Shown here: piece after piece, positions 10,263 through 20,277 of the stretch
Position numbering within the stretch: position 1 is the stretch's first letter
Layout: each line of letters starts with the position of its first letter
Assembly: GCA_023150455.1 (NCBI GenBank)
Contig: JAKLKW010000026.1
Coordinates: 41,982-105,981, forward strand
Reading direction: 5' to 3'
Source of the DNA: Alphaproteobacteria bacterium
GTDB taxonomy: Bacteria > Pseudomonadota > Alphaproteobacteria > JAEULC01
DNA length: 64,000 bases
The notes under the pieces: model-generated
Database searches by the model: none
Seen by the model: only the letters and a program-made list of their open reading frames with translations
Told to the model about the DNA's origin: nothing
Translations under genes and position numbers: made by a program

Positions 10263-12056
10263 CTACCCGTACAGGCTCTCCAGCGCCCTGCCGTACGCCT
10301 CCTTCACCACGTGGCGGCGTACCTTCATCGTCGGCGTCATCATGCCGTTGGCGACGGAGAACGGCTCGCCGGCGATCGTGATGTGGCGCACGCGCTCGAG
10401 CACCGAGAGGTTGGCGTTGACGCGCTCGACCGCCGACGCGAGCGCCTTGTGCAGCTCGGGGTCGTCGGCGACGCGCGGCAGGATGGGCTCGCGCCTGTGT
10501 GTCGCGGCCCATTGCTCGAGGAACTCCTGGCGCGGCACGACGACCGCGACGAGATAGGGCTTGCGGTCGCCGTAGACCATGGCCTGCCCGATCTCGGGCG
10601 TCATGGTGAGGAAGCCCTCGACGCGCTGCGGCGCCACGTTGTCGCCCCCGGAGTTGACGATGATGTCCTTCTTGCGGTCGGTGATGCGCAGGTAGCCGTC
10701 GGGGTCGATGACGCCGATGTCGCCCGTGTAGAGCCAGCCGTCGCGCACGGTCTGATCGCTGAGCTCCTTCAGGCCCCAGTAGCCCTGCATCACGTTCTCG
10801 CCGCGAATCAGGATTTCGCCGTCCTCGGCGATCCGGACTTCGACGCCCTGGATCGGGGGCCCTACCGTGTGCATGCGCTCGGCGAAGGGCGGGTTGCAGT
10901 TCGACACCGGCCCGCTTTCGGTGAGGCCGTAGCCCTGGAGGATGCGCACGCCGAGGGCATGGAAGTAGAGGCCGATCTCGGGATTGAGCGGCGCGCCGCC
11001 GGAGACCATGGCCTTGAGCCTTCCGCCGAAGCGCTGGCGCACCTTGTCGCGCACGAGCTTGTCGACAACCGCGTCCTCGAGCCGCTCGACCACCGTGAGG
11101 CTGTCGGGCGCGTCGTACTTCTTGCGGCCGAGCGCGAGCGCGCGATGGAACAGCCTGGCCTTCAGTCCCCCGGCGCGCTCGACGCCAGACGCGATGCGCT
11201 GGTGCATGGTCTCGTAGAGGCGCGGCACCGCGGTCATGATGGTGGGCCTGGCCTCGGGCAGGTTGGCGGCCAGCTTGTCGGCGCCCTCGGCGTAGTAGAT
11301 CTGCGCGCCGACCGAGATCGGGAAGAAGAGGCCCGCCGTGTGCTCGTAGGAATGCGAAAGCGGCAGGAAGGACAGGAACACCTCGTCGTCGAGCCCGAGC
11401 TTCTCGAGCAGGATCGTCGCGCCCCTGCAGTTCGACAGGATGGCGCCGTGGCTCAGCATCACGCCCTTGGGCGTGCCGCCGGTGCCCGAGGTATAGATCA
11501 GGCAGGCCGTGTCAGTGCGCTTGCGGCCGGCCAGCCGCGTGGGGTCGCCGTCCTGCCCCAGCGCCAGGGCCTGGTCCCAGCCGAGCACTTTGAACCGGCC
11601 GCCCGGCGGCGCGTCGAAGCCCGGGTCCATCGCGATCACGGTCTCGATCGAGGGCACTTCGAGCGCGGACTTCATCACCGTCTCGCCCAGGCGCGGGGTC
11701 GAGACGATCACGGCGCGCGCGCCGCTGTCGGCGAGGATGTGGCGATGGTCGGCGACCGTGTTGGTGACATAGGCCGGCACGCTGATGCCGCCCGCGGCCA
11801 TGATGGCGATGTCCGCGATGGGCCATTTCGGCCGGTTCTCGGCCACCAGCCCGACGCGGTCCCCCGGCTCCAGCCCGAGCGCCCGCAGCCCGAGCGCCAG
11901 AGACCGCGCCTCAGAGGCGGCATCGGCCCAGCTGGTCGGCTGCCAGGCGCCCCCGCGCTTCGCCCACAGGAACGGCCGGTCGCCCATGGACTGGGCCACG
12001 GCGAAGTACATCTCGGCCAGATTCTGGAAAGTCGCCGTGTCGACGGCGTTGGGCAT
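10263..12056 (-). CDS. Long-chain fatty acid-CoA ligase (AMP-binding)
   Basis: YTSGTGGTPKGV, FLPLSHSYE, QGYGLTE, GWLYTGD, DRKKD. Confidence 0.93.
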   Translation of the reverse strand: MPNAVDTATFQNLAEMYFAVAQSMGDRPFLWAKRGGAWQPTSWADAASEARSLALGLRALGLEPGDRVGLVAENRPKWPIADIAIMAAGGISVPAYVTNTVADHRHILADSGARAVIVSTPRLGETVMKSALEVPSIETVIAMDPGFDAPPGGRFKVLGWDQALALGQDGDPTRLAGRKRTDTACLIYTSGTGGTPKGVMLSHGAILSNCRGATILLEKLGLDDEVFLSFLPLSHSYEHTAGLFFPISVGAQIYYAEGADKLAANLPEARPTIMTAVPRLYETMHQRIASGVERAGGLKARLFHRALALGRKKYDAPDSLTVVERLEDAVVDKLVRDKVRQRFGGRLKAMVSGGAPLNPEIGLYFHALGVRILQGYGLTESGPVSNCNPPFAERMHTVGPPIQGVEVRIAEDGEILIRGENVMQGYWGLKELSDQTVRDGWLYTGDIGVIDPDGYLRITDRKKDIIVNSGGDNVAPQRVEGFLTMTPEIGQAMVYGDRKPYLVAVVVPRQEFLEQWAATHRREPILPRVADDPELHKALASAVERVNANLSVLERVRHITIAGEPFSVANGMMTPTMKVRRHVVKEAYGRALESLYG

Positions 12057-12155
12057 GTCCTGTCCTCCCCTTTCTCGTTCGGCCGGGTGCGGCCCGGTCC
12101 GGCTTGTTCCCGCGCCCGGGCCGACTTATATCGCTTCCAGCGCCCACGGAGGAAG

Positions 12156-13973
12156 ATGATGCCCTTTGCGCCCGACACCCAGGCCGGCAAGCCCCTTCCG
12201 GCGGCCACCGCGACCGTGACCCTGCCGGAATGGAACCTGACCGACCTGTACCCGGCGATGGATTCGCCCCGGCTCAAGGCCGATCAGGCGCAGATGGACA
12301 TGGCCTCCGAGGCGTTCGAGAAGCGCTACAAGGGCAAGCTCGCGGGCTTGGGCGGCGCGGACCTGGGCAAGGCGATCGGCGAATACGAGAAGATCAGCGA
12401 GACGCTGTCCCGCATGTCGGCCTATGCCCAGCTGCTGCACGCGGCCAACATGACCGACGCCGACATCGGCCGTTTCTACCAGACGCTGCAGGAGAAGGTG
12501 ACCGACATCTCGTCGCGCACGCTGTTCTTCGCGCTGGAGATCAACCGCATCGACGACGCCGTGCTGGCCAAGCAGCTGGAGGATCCGACCACCAAGCGCT
12601 ACGCGCCGTGGCTGCGCGACGTGCGCGCCTTCCGCCCGCACCAGCTCTCCGACGAGCTGGAAAAGCTGCTGCACGAGAAGTCGGTCGCCGGGCGCAACGC
12701 CTGGGTGCGCCTGTTCGACGAAACCATGGCGAGCCTCAGGTTCGAGGTCGACGCGCGCAGGCTGACCGCGACCGAGGCGCTGCACCTGCTGTCGCACCGC
12801 AACCGCGACACGCGGCGCGAGGCGGCGAAGGCGTTCGGCCACGGCCTGGGCGAGAACGCGCGCACCTTCGCGCTGGTCATGAACACGCTGATCAAGGACA
12901 AGGAGATCGAGGACCGCTGGCGCGGCTATCGCCGGCCGGTATCGTCGCGCAACCTCGGCAACTTCGTCGAGGACGAGGTTGTCGACGCGCTGGTCGAGGC
13001 GGTGAAGTCGTCCTATGCCGACCTGTCGCACCGCTACTACGCGATCAAGGCACGCTGGCTGGGGCTGGACAAGCTCGAGTACTGGGATCGCAACGCGCCG
13101 CTGCCGGAGGACGACGACCGCGAGATCGCGTGGGAGGAGGCGCGCGACACGGTGCTCGGCGCCTACGGCGCCTTCTCGAAGGACCTTGCCACGATCGGCA
13201 AGCGCTTCTTCGACAACGCGTGGATCGATGCACCGGCGCGCGCCGGCAAGGCCGGCGGCGCCTTCGCGCACCCGACCGTGCCGAGCGCGCATCCCTACCT
13301 GCTGCTGAACTACCAGGGCAAGTCGCGCGACGTGATGACGCTGGCGCACGAGCTGGGCCACGGCTGCCACCAGATCCTGGCCGGCGGCCAGGGCCACCTA
13401 TTGGCGGACACGCCGCTGACGCTGGCCGAGACCGCCTCGGTGTTCGGCGAGATGCTGACCTTCCGCGCCGTGCTCAGCAAGGAGACCAACCCGAAGCGCC
13501 GCCGCGTCCTGCTGGCGACCAAGATCGAGGACATGCTGAACACGGTCGTGCGCCAGATCGCGTTCTACGACTTCGAGACGCTGGTGCACGACGAGCGGCG
13601 CAAGGGCGAGCTGACGGCCGAGCGCATCGGCGAGATCTGGCTTGCCGTGCAGCGCGACAGCCTGGGGCCCGCGCTGCGCTTCGATCCGGAGTACCAGTAC
13701 TACTGGGCCTACATCCCGCATTTCATCCATTCGCCGTTCTACGTCTACGCCTACGCCTTCGGCGACTGCCTGGTGAACTCGCTCTATGCCGTGTATCAGG
13801 ACGCGCACCCGAACTTCGTCGCCAAGTACCTGGACATGCTGCGCGCCGGCGGCACGCTCCGGCACAAGGAGCTGCTGGCACCGTTCGGCCTTGACGCCAG
13901 CGATCCCAAGTTCTGGCTGCGGGGGCTCGACGTGATCCGCGGCTTCATCGACGAGATCGAGGCTTCGGCCTGA
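12156..13973 (+). CDS. M3B family oligoendopeptidase (PepF-like)
   Basis: LPEWNLTDLY, GKAGGAF, HELGH zinc motif, AETASVFGE, IPHFIHSPFYVYAYAFG; start at ATG 12156 after GGAGGA. Confidence 0.93.
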   Translation: MMPFAPDTQAGKPLPAATATVTLPEWNLTDLYPAMDSPRLKADQAQMDMASEAFEKRYKGKLAGLGGADLGKAIGEYEKISETLSRMSAYAQLLHAANMTDADIGRFYQTLQEKVTDISSRTLFFALEINRIDDAVLAKQLEDPTTKRYAPWLRDVRAFRPHQLSDELEKLLHEKSVAGRNAWVRLFDETMASLRFEVDARRLTATEALHLLSHRNRDTRREAAKAFGHGLGENARTFALVMNTLIKDKEIEDRWRGYRRPVSSRNLGNFVEDEVVDALVEAVKSSYADLSHRYYAIKARWLGLDKLEYWDRNAPLPEDDDREIAWEEARDTVLGAYGAFSKDLATIGKRFFDNAWIDAPARAGKAGGAFAHPTVPSAHPYLLLNYQGKSRDVMTLAHELGHGCHQILAGGQGHLLADTPLTLAETASVFGEMLTFRAVLSKETNPKRRRVLLATKIEDMLNTVVRQIAFYDFETLVHDERRKGELTAERIGEIWLAVQRDSLGPALRFDPEYQYYWAYIPHFIHSPFYVYAYAFGDCLVNSLYAVYQDAHPNFVAKYLDMLRAGGTLRHKELLAPFGLDASDPKFWLRGLDVIRGFIDEIEASA

Positions 13974-15361
13974 CCGCGCGCCGGCCCAGGAAGCCCGCGA
14001 CCCCGCCCGCGCCGACACCGCGCGACGACGGCGACACCTTGGGCGGCCGGTTGCGCCGCTACGCGCGGGTAGGCGCCTCGGTCGGCGGGCTGGCGGCGCG
14101 GCTGGCGGGCGAGCGCTACCTGGGCTTCGGCCTCGACCGGGCGCGGCACGCGGCCGACTTGCGCACGGCGCTGGGCGGCTTGAAGGGCCCGCTCATGAAG
14201 GTGGCCCAGCTGATGGCCACGATCCCCGACGCGCTGCCCAACGAATACGTGGCGGAGCTGACGCAGCTGCAAGCCGACGCTCCGTCGATGGGCTGGCCGT
14301 TCGTGCGGCGGCGCATGGCGAGCGAGCTGGGTCCGGATTGGCAGGCGCGTTTCAAGAGCTTCGAGCGCGCCGCCGCGCATGCCGCCTCGCTCGGCCAGGT
14401 GCACCGCGCGGTGCTGCACGACGGCAGGCAGGTCGGCTGCAAGCTGCAATACCCCGACATGGCCTCGGCGGTCGAGGCCGACCTGCGGCAGCTGAAGCTG
14501 ATCTTCGCCATCTACGAGCGCTACGACCGCGCGATCGCGACCGAGCAGATCCACGCCGAGATCGCCGCGCGCCTGCGCGAGGAGCTGGACTACGCGCGCG
14601 AGGCGAAGCACATCGGCCTCTACGGCCGGATGCTGAAGCACGAGAATGGCGTGCACGTGCCTCAGGTCATCGATGCGCTGTCCACCGGGCGCCTCTTGAC
14701 GATGACGTGGCTGGACGGCGCCAGGCTGATGTCGGTCACCGAGCTGCCGCTGCCGGAGCGCAACCGCGTCGCCTACAACATGTTCCGCGCCTGGTACGTG
14801 CCGTTCTACGGCTACGCCGTGATCCACGGCGACCCGCATCTCGGCAACTACACGGTGCGGCCCGACCAGAGCGTCAACCTGCTGGACTATGGCTGCATCC
14901 GCGTGTTCCGGCCGGGCTTCGTCGCCGGCGTGATCGACCTCTACCGCGCGCTGCAGCACGGCGACGAGGCGCTGGCGATCAAGGCCTACGAGGACTGGGG
15001 CTTCCAGAAGCTGAACAGGGAGACGATCGACGTGCTCAACCTGTGGGCGCGCTTCGTCTACGCGCCGCTGCTCGAGGACAAGACGCGCCGCATCCAGACC
15101 AAGGAGAGCGGGCAGTACGGCCGCGAGGTGGCGGAGAAGGTGCACGCCGAGTTGCGCCGCCTGGGCGGCGTGCGCCCGCCGCGCGAGTTCGTGTTCATGG
15201 ACCGCGCCGCCATCGGGCTCGGCTCGGTGTTCATGCGCTTGAAGGCCGAGATCAACTGGCATCGCCTGTTTCACGAGCTGATCGCCGATTTCGACCTCGG
15301 CGCGCTGACGAAGCGCCAGGCGAAGGCGCTGACGGCCGCCGGCCTGCCCTTGCCGGGCTAA
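13970..15361 (+). CDS. ABC1/UbiB (AarF) family atypical kinase; start uncertain (CTG 13970 or TTG 14039)
   Basis: LKGPLMKVAQ, AASLGQVHRA, KLQYP, EELDY..EA, HGDPHLGN, LLDYG. Confidence 0.9.
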   Translation: MTARRPRKPATPPAPTPRDDGDTLGGRLRRYARVGASVGGLAARLAGERYLGFGLDRARHAADLRTALGGLKGPLMKVAQLMATIPDALPNEYVAELTQLQADAPSMGWPFVRRRMASELGPDWQARFKSFERAAAHAASLGQVHRAVLHDGRQVGCKLQYPDMASAVEADLRQLKLIFAIYERYDRAIATEQIHAEIAARLREELDYAREAKHIGLYGRMLKHENGVHVPQVIDALSTGRLLTMTWLDGARLMSVTELPLPERNRVAYNMFRAWYVPFYGYAVIHGDPHLGNYTVRPDQSVNLLDYGCIRVFRPGFVAGVIDLYRALQHGDEALAIKAYEDWGFQKLNRETIDVLNLWARFVYAPLLEDKTRRIQTKESGQYGREVAEKVHAELRRLGGVRPPREFVFMDRAAIGLGSVFMRLKAEINWHRLFHELIADFDLGALTKRQAKALTAAGLPLPG

Positions 15362-15504
15362 GGCAGCGAAAATACCGCTCAAATCACGCGCGTTTCCCGT
15401 CGCGTGCCGTGCTTCTTAGTGACCCCTTTCACTGCACCCAATTCGCAGTCGCCCCAGTGTCGCAGGCGACCAGGGAGCCTTGGCGCATTCGGGGAGAACG
15501 AGCC

Positions 15505-16248
15505 ATGGCAAGCGTGGATATGGCCCAGCCCGAGCCGATCGGGCAGATCGAAGACGGCACGGTCGTGAAGCTTTTCTGCTGCGCCTTCGGCGCGGTAATG
15601 GCGATCTTCGGCGACCTGATGAACAACGAGCGCGCCTCGCTGCTGATCAAGCTGCGCGAGGTCTTGAAGACCTACGCGCATCCGCAGTTCGAGGACACCT
15701 ACGTTGTGATCCTATTCGTGGTGGCGATCGCGCTCTGCCTGTTCGTGGTGCGCCCGCCGCGCGGCCGCGGCGAGGCCTTCGCCCAGGGGCTGGCGGTGTT
15801 CGCGGTCTTCACGACGCTCGCGCCGTTCAAGGCCATCCCAAGCTCGACCGAGATCAACCTTTCGGCCGCCCCTCCGCCGGCGGTCTCGTCCCTGTTCTTC
15901 GGCACGGCCATGGCGGCGCCGGGGGGCGAGACGTTCCGCCGCTCCGTCGTGGTCGTGTTCGAAGGCGGCCGGGCGCCGTCGCCGGGTGCGCGCGTGATCG
16001 TTCGCGACGCGGCGACGGGCGCGCCGGTCGGTCAGCGCAACCTCGCCGACGCCCGCAACGACGTGACCATCACCGCGCCGCGCGGCGGCTACCTGCTCGA
16101 CGTCGAGGCCGACGGGTACCAGCGCACGCGCGCCCGCGTCCAGATCGCCGGCCCGGCCGATCCGCCGGCCACCATCCAGGTGCGCCGCTCCTCGGTGCCG
16201 CTGCCGATCCAACAGCTCTGGCGCCCCAACGCGGCCAAGCCGCGCTGA
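15505..16248 (+). CDS. Hypothetical membrane protein with a C-terminal beta-sandwich (carboxypeptidase-regulatory-like) domain
   Basis: GGAG before ATG; about 3 hydrophobic helices; 'GARVIV...G.YLLDVEADGY' pattern. Confidence 0.6.
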   Translation: MASVDMAQPEPIGQIEDGTVVKLFCCAFGAVMAIFGDLMNNERASLLIKLREVLKTYAHPQFEDTYVVILFVVAIALCLFVVRPPRGRGEAFAQGLAVFAVFTTLAPFKAIPSSTEINLSAAPPPAVSSLFFGTAMAAPGGETFRRSVVVVFEGGRAPSPGARVIVRDAATGAPVGQRNLADARNDVTITAPRGGYLLDVEADGYQRTRARVQIAGPADPPATIQVRRSSVPLPIQQLWRPNAAKPR

Positions 16249-16302
16249 CGCCGGGCCGACCGCCGGCTGCGCAGGGGCGGGCGCAGCCGGCGCGCTTGGC
16301 CG

Positions 16303-17547
16303 CTAAAATCTGTCCGGACGGAACGGCGCCAAGTCGACGCTCGGCGCCCGTCCCGCCACCAGCTCGCCCACCAGCTTGCCGGTGATGCCGCCCAGCGCCA
16401 GGCCGATATGGTCGTGGCCGAAGGCGAAGAAGACGTTGGGGAAGCGCGGCGAGCGGCCGATCACCGGCTTGGAGTCGGGGTGCGAGGGGCGCGGTCCCAT
16501 CCACTGGCTGGTCGGGTCCGACTTGAGCGCCGGGATCAGCGCCTCGGCGTGGCGCTGCACCAGCCGCGCGTTCGCCATGTCGGGCGGCGCGTCTGGTGCG
16601 GCGAACTCGGCGATGCCGGTCGCGCGCACGCCATCGGCCATGTGCGTGACGGCGATGTAGCGGTCGCCCGACATCACCGCGACGCGCATGCGCAGCGGCG
16701 GATCGGCGAACATGACGTGATAGCCGCGTTCGGCCTCGAGCGGCACCGCCGTGCCGAGCTCGGCTGCGAGAGCGCGCGACCAGACGCCCGCCGCAATCAC
16801 GATCGTGCCGGCGTCGAGCGTGCCGTTCTCGGTCAGGATGCGCCTGGGCCCATCCGGGCCGATCTCGAAGCCCCGGACCGAAGCGCGCAGGATCTCGCCG
16901 CCGCGCCGGTCGAAGTTGCGCGCCAGAGTCTGCGTCAGCTTCAGCGGGTCCAGGACATGCGCGAGTCTCGGGATGAACACGGCGCGCGCCACGTTGCGCG
17001 CGAGCGACGGCTCGATCTGCCGCGCCTCGTGCCCGTCGAGGATGTCGAACGTCACACCGCGGCGGCGGCGCAGGTCGAGCGCATAGGCGGCACCCTGGAA
17101 CGCCTCCTCGCTCTCCCAGGTCATCATCAGCCCGCTGGGGTTGATCAAGCCTTCGGCTCCGGCATCCTCGATCAGCGGCTGGTAGCCCTCGTGCAGGCGC
17201 TTCAAGAGGCTGTCGCGCGCATCCGCGATCGCCTCGACCCGCGCAGGCCGTGCATTCGCGACGAAACGCAGGAACCAGGGCAGCGCCTTGGGCAGATGCG
17301 ACCAGCGCAGCTTGAGCGGCGCATCGGCGTCGAACAGCATGCGCGGCACCTTTTTGAGGATGCCGGGCATCGCCGCCGGTACGCAGGACGCGAAGCCGAG
17401 ATTGCCCGCGTTGCCGAGGGAGGCGCCTTCGCCCGGCGCGGCGCGGTCGACCAGCCGCACGCGGAAGCCCTCGCGCTGCAGGTAGAGCGCGCAGCACACG
17501 CCGACGATGCCGGCGCCGATCACGGTGACGGGGGGTCGCTCGGACAT
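16303..17547 (-). CDS. FAD-dependent oxidoreductase, D-amino acid dehydrogenase (DadA) family
   Basis: VIGAGIVG, ASLGNAG, ERGYH, WMGPRP, FGHDHIGL. Confidence 0.9.
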   Translation of the reverse strand: MSERPPVTVIGAGIVGVCCALYLQREGFRVRLVDRAAPGEGASLGNAGNLGFASCVPAAMPGILKKVPRMLFDADAPLKLRWSHLPKALPWFLRFVANARPARVEAIADARDSLLKRLHEGYQPLIEDAGAEGLINPSGLMMTWESEEAFQGAAYALDLRRRRGVTFDILDGHEARQIEPSLARNVARAVFIPRLAHVLDPLKLTQTLARNFDRRGGEILRASVRGFEIGPDGPRRILTENGTLDAGTIVIAAGVWSRALAAELGTAVPLEAERGYHVMFADPPLRMRVAVMSGDRYIAVTHMADGVRATGIAEFAAPDAPPDMANARLVQRHAEALIPALKSDPTSQWMGPRPSHPDSKPVIGRSPRFPNVFFAFGHDHIGLALGGITGKLVGELVAGRAPSVDLAPFRPDRF

Positions 17548-18722
17548 CAGCGTATCTCCGCCACCGCGCGGACGAAGCGGTCGATCTCGTCCTCGCTGTT
17601 GTAATAGTGGACCGAGGCGCGCACGACCATGTCGAGCCGGCGCCCGGTCATGTCGATCAGCGTCGAGAAGCGGCTGGAGGTCGTCACATTGATGCGCTGG
17701 GCCGCCAGCGCCTGCCGGATCGCGGCGGGCTCAACGTCGCGCTTCGTGAACGTCACGATGCCGCACCTGATCGTGCCGAGATCGCGCAGCTCCACGCCGG
17801 AAAGGTCGCCCAGCCCGGCCCTGAGGCGCGCGGCGAGCGAACCGATGCGCGCCCAGATCGCGTCCATGCCCCAGGAGAGCGCGTAGTCGACCGCGACGCC
17901 GAGGCCGATCTTGGCGGCGACGTTGCCCTCCCAGTTCTCGAAGCGGCGCGCGTCCGGTCGGACCTCGTAGCGGTCCTTCGCCACCCATTTGGCCGCGTGC
18001 AGATCGAGGAAGGGCGGCTCCAGCCGGTCGAGGAAGTCGCGGCGCACGTAAAGGAAGCCGGTGCCGCGCGGCCCGCGCAGGTACTTGCGGCCCGTGGCCG
18101 AGAGCATGTCGCAGCCGATTTGCCGCACGTCGACGGGCAGCTGGCCGACCGACTGGCAGGCGTCGAGCAGGTAGGGGATGCCGTGGGCGCGCGCGAGGCG
18201 GCCGATGGCCTCGGCCGGGTTGACGAGGCCGCCATTGGTCGGCACGTGCGTGACCGCGATCAGCCGGACGCGGCCGTCGATCATCCGTTCGAGCCGGGCG
18301 ACGTCGAGCTGGCCGCTGGCGTCGTTCGGCACCACCTCGACCACGGCGCCGGTCTGCCGCGCCACCTGCAGGAAGGCAATGTAGTTGCTGGCGTACTCCG
18401 ACACCGCCGTCAGGATGCGGTCGCCGGCCTGGAAGCCGATGCCGTAGAACGCCATGTCCCAGGCGCGCGTCGCGTTCTCGACGATCGCGATCTCGTCGCG
18501 CTCGGCGCCGATCAGCGCCGCGACGGCGTCGTAGGCGCGCTCCACCGCCGGGGCGGCCCGGTCGGCGGCCTCGTAGCCGCCGATGCGGCCTTCGAGGTCG
18601 ATATGCTCCTTCACGGCGTCGAGCACCGGCGCCGGCGTGAGCGCCATGCCGGCGTTGTTGAGATGCAGCACGTGGGCGGTGCCCGGCGTCTCGGCGCGGG
18701 CGCGGGCAAGATCGAAGCTCAT
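17547..18722 (-). CDS. PLP-dependent class V aminotransferase/C-S lyase (cysteine desulfurase/EgtE-like)
   Basis: HLNNAG, DACQSVGQ, SATGRKYLRGPRGTG, RASVHYYN. Confidence 0.9.
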   Translation of the reverse strand: MSFDLARARAETPGTAHVLHLNNAGMALTPAPVLDAVKEHIDLEGRIGGYEAADRAAPAVERAYDAVAALIGAERDEIAIVENATRAWDMAFYGIGFQAGDRILTAVSEYASNYIAFLQVARQTGAVVEVVPNDASGQLDVARLERMIDGRVRLIAVTHVPTNGGLVNPAEAIGRLARAHGIPYLLDACQSVGQLPVDVRQIGCDMLSATGRKYLRGPRGTGFLYVRRDFLDRLEPPFLDLHAAKWVAKDRYEVRPDARRFENWEGNVAAKIGLGVAVDYALSWGMDAIWARIGSLAARLRAGLGDLSGVELRDLGTIRCGIVTFTKRDVEPAAIRQALAAQRINVTTSSRFSTLIDMTGRRLDMVVRASVHYYNSEDEIDRFVRAVAEIR

Positions 18723-18823
18723 GCGGATGTCACGTCCCCTCGGGCGATTGGCAGCCGCATTGTCGCTATAATCGCCGGCTTGGCTAGTGCGCGCCGGACC
18801 GCGCGCGGAAGCATGGAGGAAGC

Positions 18824-19204
18824 GTGAGCGACCTCGACCTGTTGGCGGCGATCCGCCGCGGCGACGTCCAGGCAGCCGGGCGGGCCCTCGAGGGCGGGGC
18901 CAGCCCGAGGGCGCGGTCGGCGACGGGCGACTCGGCGATCGTGCTGGCGGCGGCGAGCGGTGAGACGGCGCTGGTCGAGCTGCTGCTCGACAACGGCGCC
19001 CCCGTCGACGACGCGGGCGAGGCCGGCAACACCGCCCTGATGCAGGCGGCGGCGCAGGGTCAGTCGATGATGGTGAAGCTCTTGCTGTCGCGCGGCGCCG
19101 ATGGCGGCCACGCCAATCGCTGGGGGCTGGGGCCGGCGGACTGGGCGCGGTGGGCCAAGGACGCGCCGGACCTGTTGGCGGCAATCCAGGCGAAGCGGTC
19201 CTGA
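18824..19204 (+). CDS. Ankyrin-repeat protein
   Basis: G.SAI.LAA..G...LVELLL..GA and GNTALM.AA..G...MVKLLL.RGA repeats; GGAGGA RBS. Confidence 0.85.
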   Translation: MSDLDLLAAIRRGDVQAAGRALEGGASPRARSATGDSAIVLAAASGETALVELLLDNGAPVDDAGEAGNTALMQAAAQGQSMMVKLLLSRGADGGHANRWGLGPADWARWAKDAPDLLAAIQAKRS

Positions 19205-19893
19205 CCGATGCGCGGGCGCAGCACGGTGACGCCGGGCGCCTGCTTGCGCGCCGCACGCTCGCGGTATTCGGCCATCACCGTCTCCTGGTGCTTGCGGTCA
19301 CGGTCGATGCGCGCCTGGGTCCAAGCGTCGAACACCCGCTTGCGATAGGCCTGGCCCAGCTCGGGCGTGGCGGAGTGGTAGTTGGCGACGGCGAGCGACC
19401 ACGAGCGCCTGGCATCGCGCAGCTCCTTCAGGAAGCGCGCGCCATAGGCGACGTTGGTCTCGGGATCGAAGGCTTCCTCGAGGCTGGCAAAGGCGTCGGG
19501 ATGGTGCAGCAGGCTGATCTGCATGCAGCCGACGTCGATGTTGCGCTCGCCGCGTGCCTGTAGCCGGCGCACCTCGGCAATGGCCTGGGCCTTGGTCTCG
19601 TAGTAGCGGCCGTCACCGGCATTGTTGACCGTCCACGGCCAGGCAATTCTTTCCCCCAGCTCGGGGTGGTGCCGGCCCGATTCGGTCATGGCGACCGCGG
19701 CCAGGAGCTGGGCGGGGATGTTGCCGGCGCGCTCGGCGCGGTCGATGGCGCGCCCGCAGGGGTCGTCCGATGTACGGATAAGCGGCCCGAATATCTCGGC
19801 TTTTCCGGCCAGGGGGGCCGCCAGCACCAGCGCCAGGGCCAGGGTCATCGGGGCCAAAACGGTGCGGGGGCGGAAACCGGCAAATCCAGCCAT
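19060..19893 (-). CDS. Lytic transglycosylase (SLT domain), exported
   Basis: TESG, WPWTVN, IDVGCMQI, AFDP..NV.YGA.FL, YHS motifs; signal peptide. Confidence 0.88.
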   Translation of the reverse strand: MAGFAGFRPRTVLAPMTLALALVLAAPLAGKAEIFGPLIRTSDDPCGRAIDRAERAGNIPAQLLAAVAMTESGRHHPELGERIAWPWTVNNAGDGRYYETKAQAIAEVRRLQARGERNIDVGCMQISLLHHPDAFASLEEAFDPETNVAYGARFLKELRDARRSWSLAVANYHSATPELGQAYRKRVFDAWTQARIDRDRKHQETVMAEYRERAARKQAPGVTVLRPRIGQDRFAWIAANRSGASLAHRAQSAGPSPQRLAWPPSAPRDSKSFTIID

Positions 19894-20085
19894 GCGACTC
19901 TCCTTGCCGGCGACGGGTCGCAACGGCCATGCCAATGACGTCCATATGCGCCGACAGAATGCGCAGAAACGGTGCATGGCATGCCCCGGTCTTGTGCATC
20001 GCAGCAAATAAGGGGCACGACGGGCGAACGGATTTTGGCCGATTTGTGGTAAGATCATGAAATCTGGAAATTATTCCGATTCTGT

Positions 20086-20119
20086 TTGCATTACGTCTGC
20101 ATCAGAGCCATATTGTGCA
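20086..20119 (+). promoter_or_regulatory. sRNA promoter with TTGTGCA heptamer
   Basis: TTGCAT-N17-CATATT; TTGTGCA at 20113-20119, the heptamer described for mmgR promoters. Confidence 0.65.
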
Positions 20120-20120
20120 A

Positions 20121-20217
20121 CGCCGAATGAAGGCTGCGCGGCAGGTTCCTGTCGTGCTCTTCTTGGGCGTTTCCTCCCTAAACTCGGGCCGTGTCTTTCG
20201 ACACGGCCCGTTTTTTT
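20121..20217 (+). ncRNA. mmgR: alpha-r8 family sRNA (MmgR / Rfam 'suhB'-like)
   Basis: Core TTTCCTCCCT at 20170-20179, then a strong terminator; close to an N-formylglutamate amidohydrolase gene, the known syntenic partner; 5' end inferred from the promoter. Confidence 0.8.
20185..20217 (+). terminator. Rho-independent terminator of the sRNA
   Basis: cgggccgtgtc-tttc-gacacggcccg followed by T7. Confidence 0.9.
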
Positions 20218-20277
20218 CATATGTAGGCGAACAGTTTAAGCCGAATCGACGGGCGCGTAGACGGGCGGCGCGGCGGG

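Noticed and set aside
10188-12155. Apparent 1261-aa giant ORF fused to the M3 peptidase
   Set aside because: The N-terminal 650 aa are the antisense shadow of the acyl-CoA ligase; the real start is at about 12156 after GGAGGA
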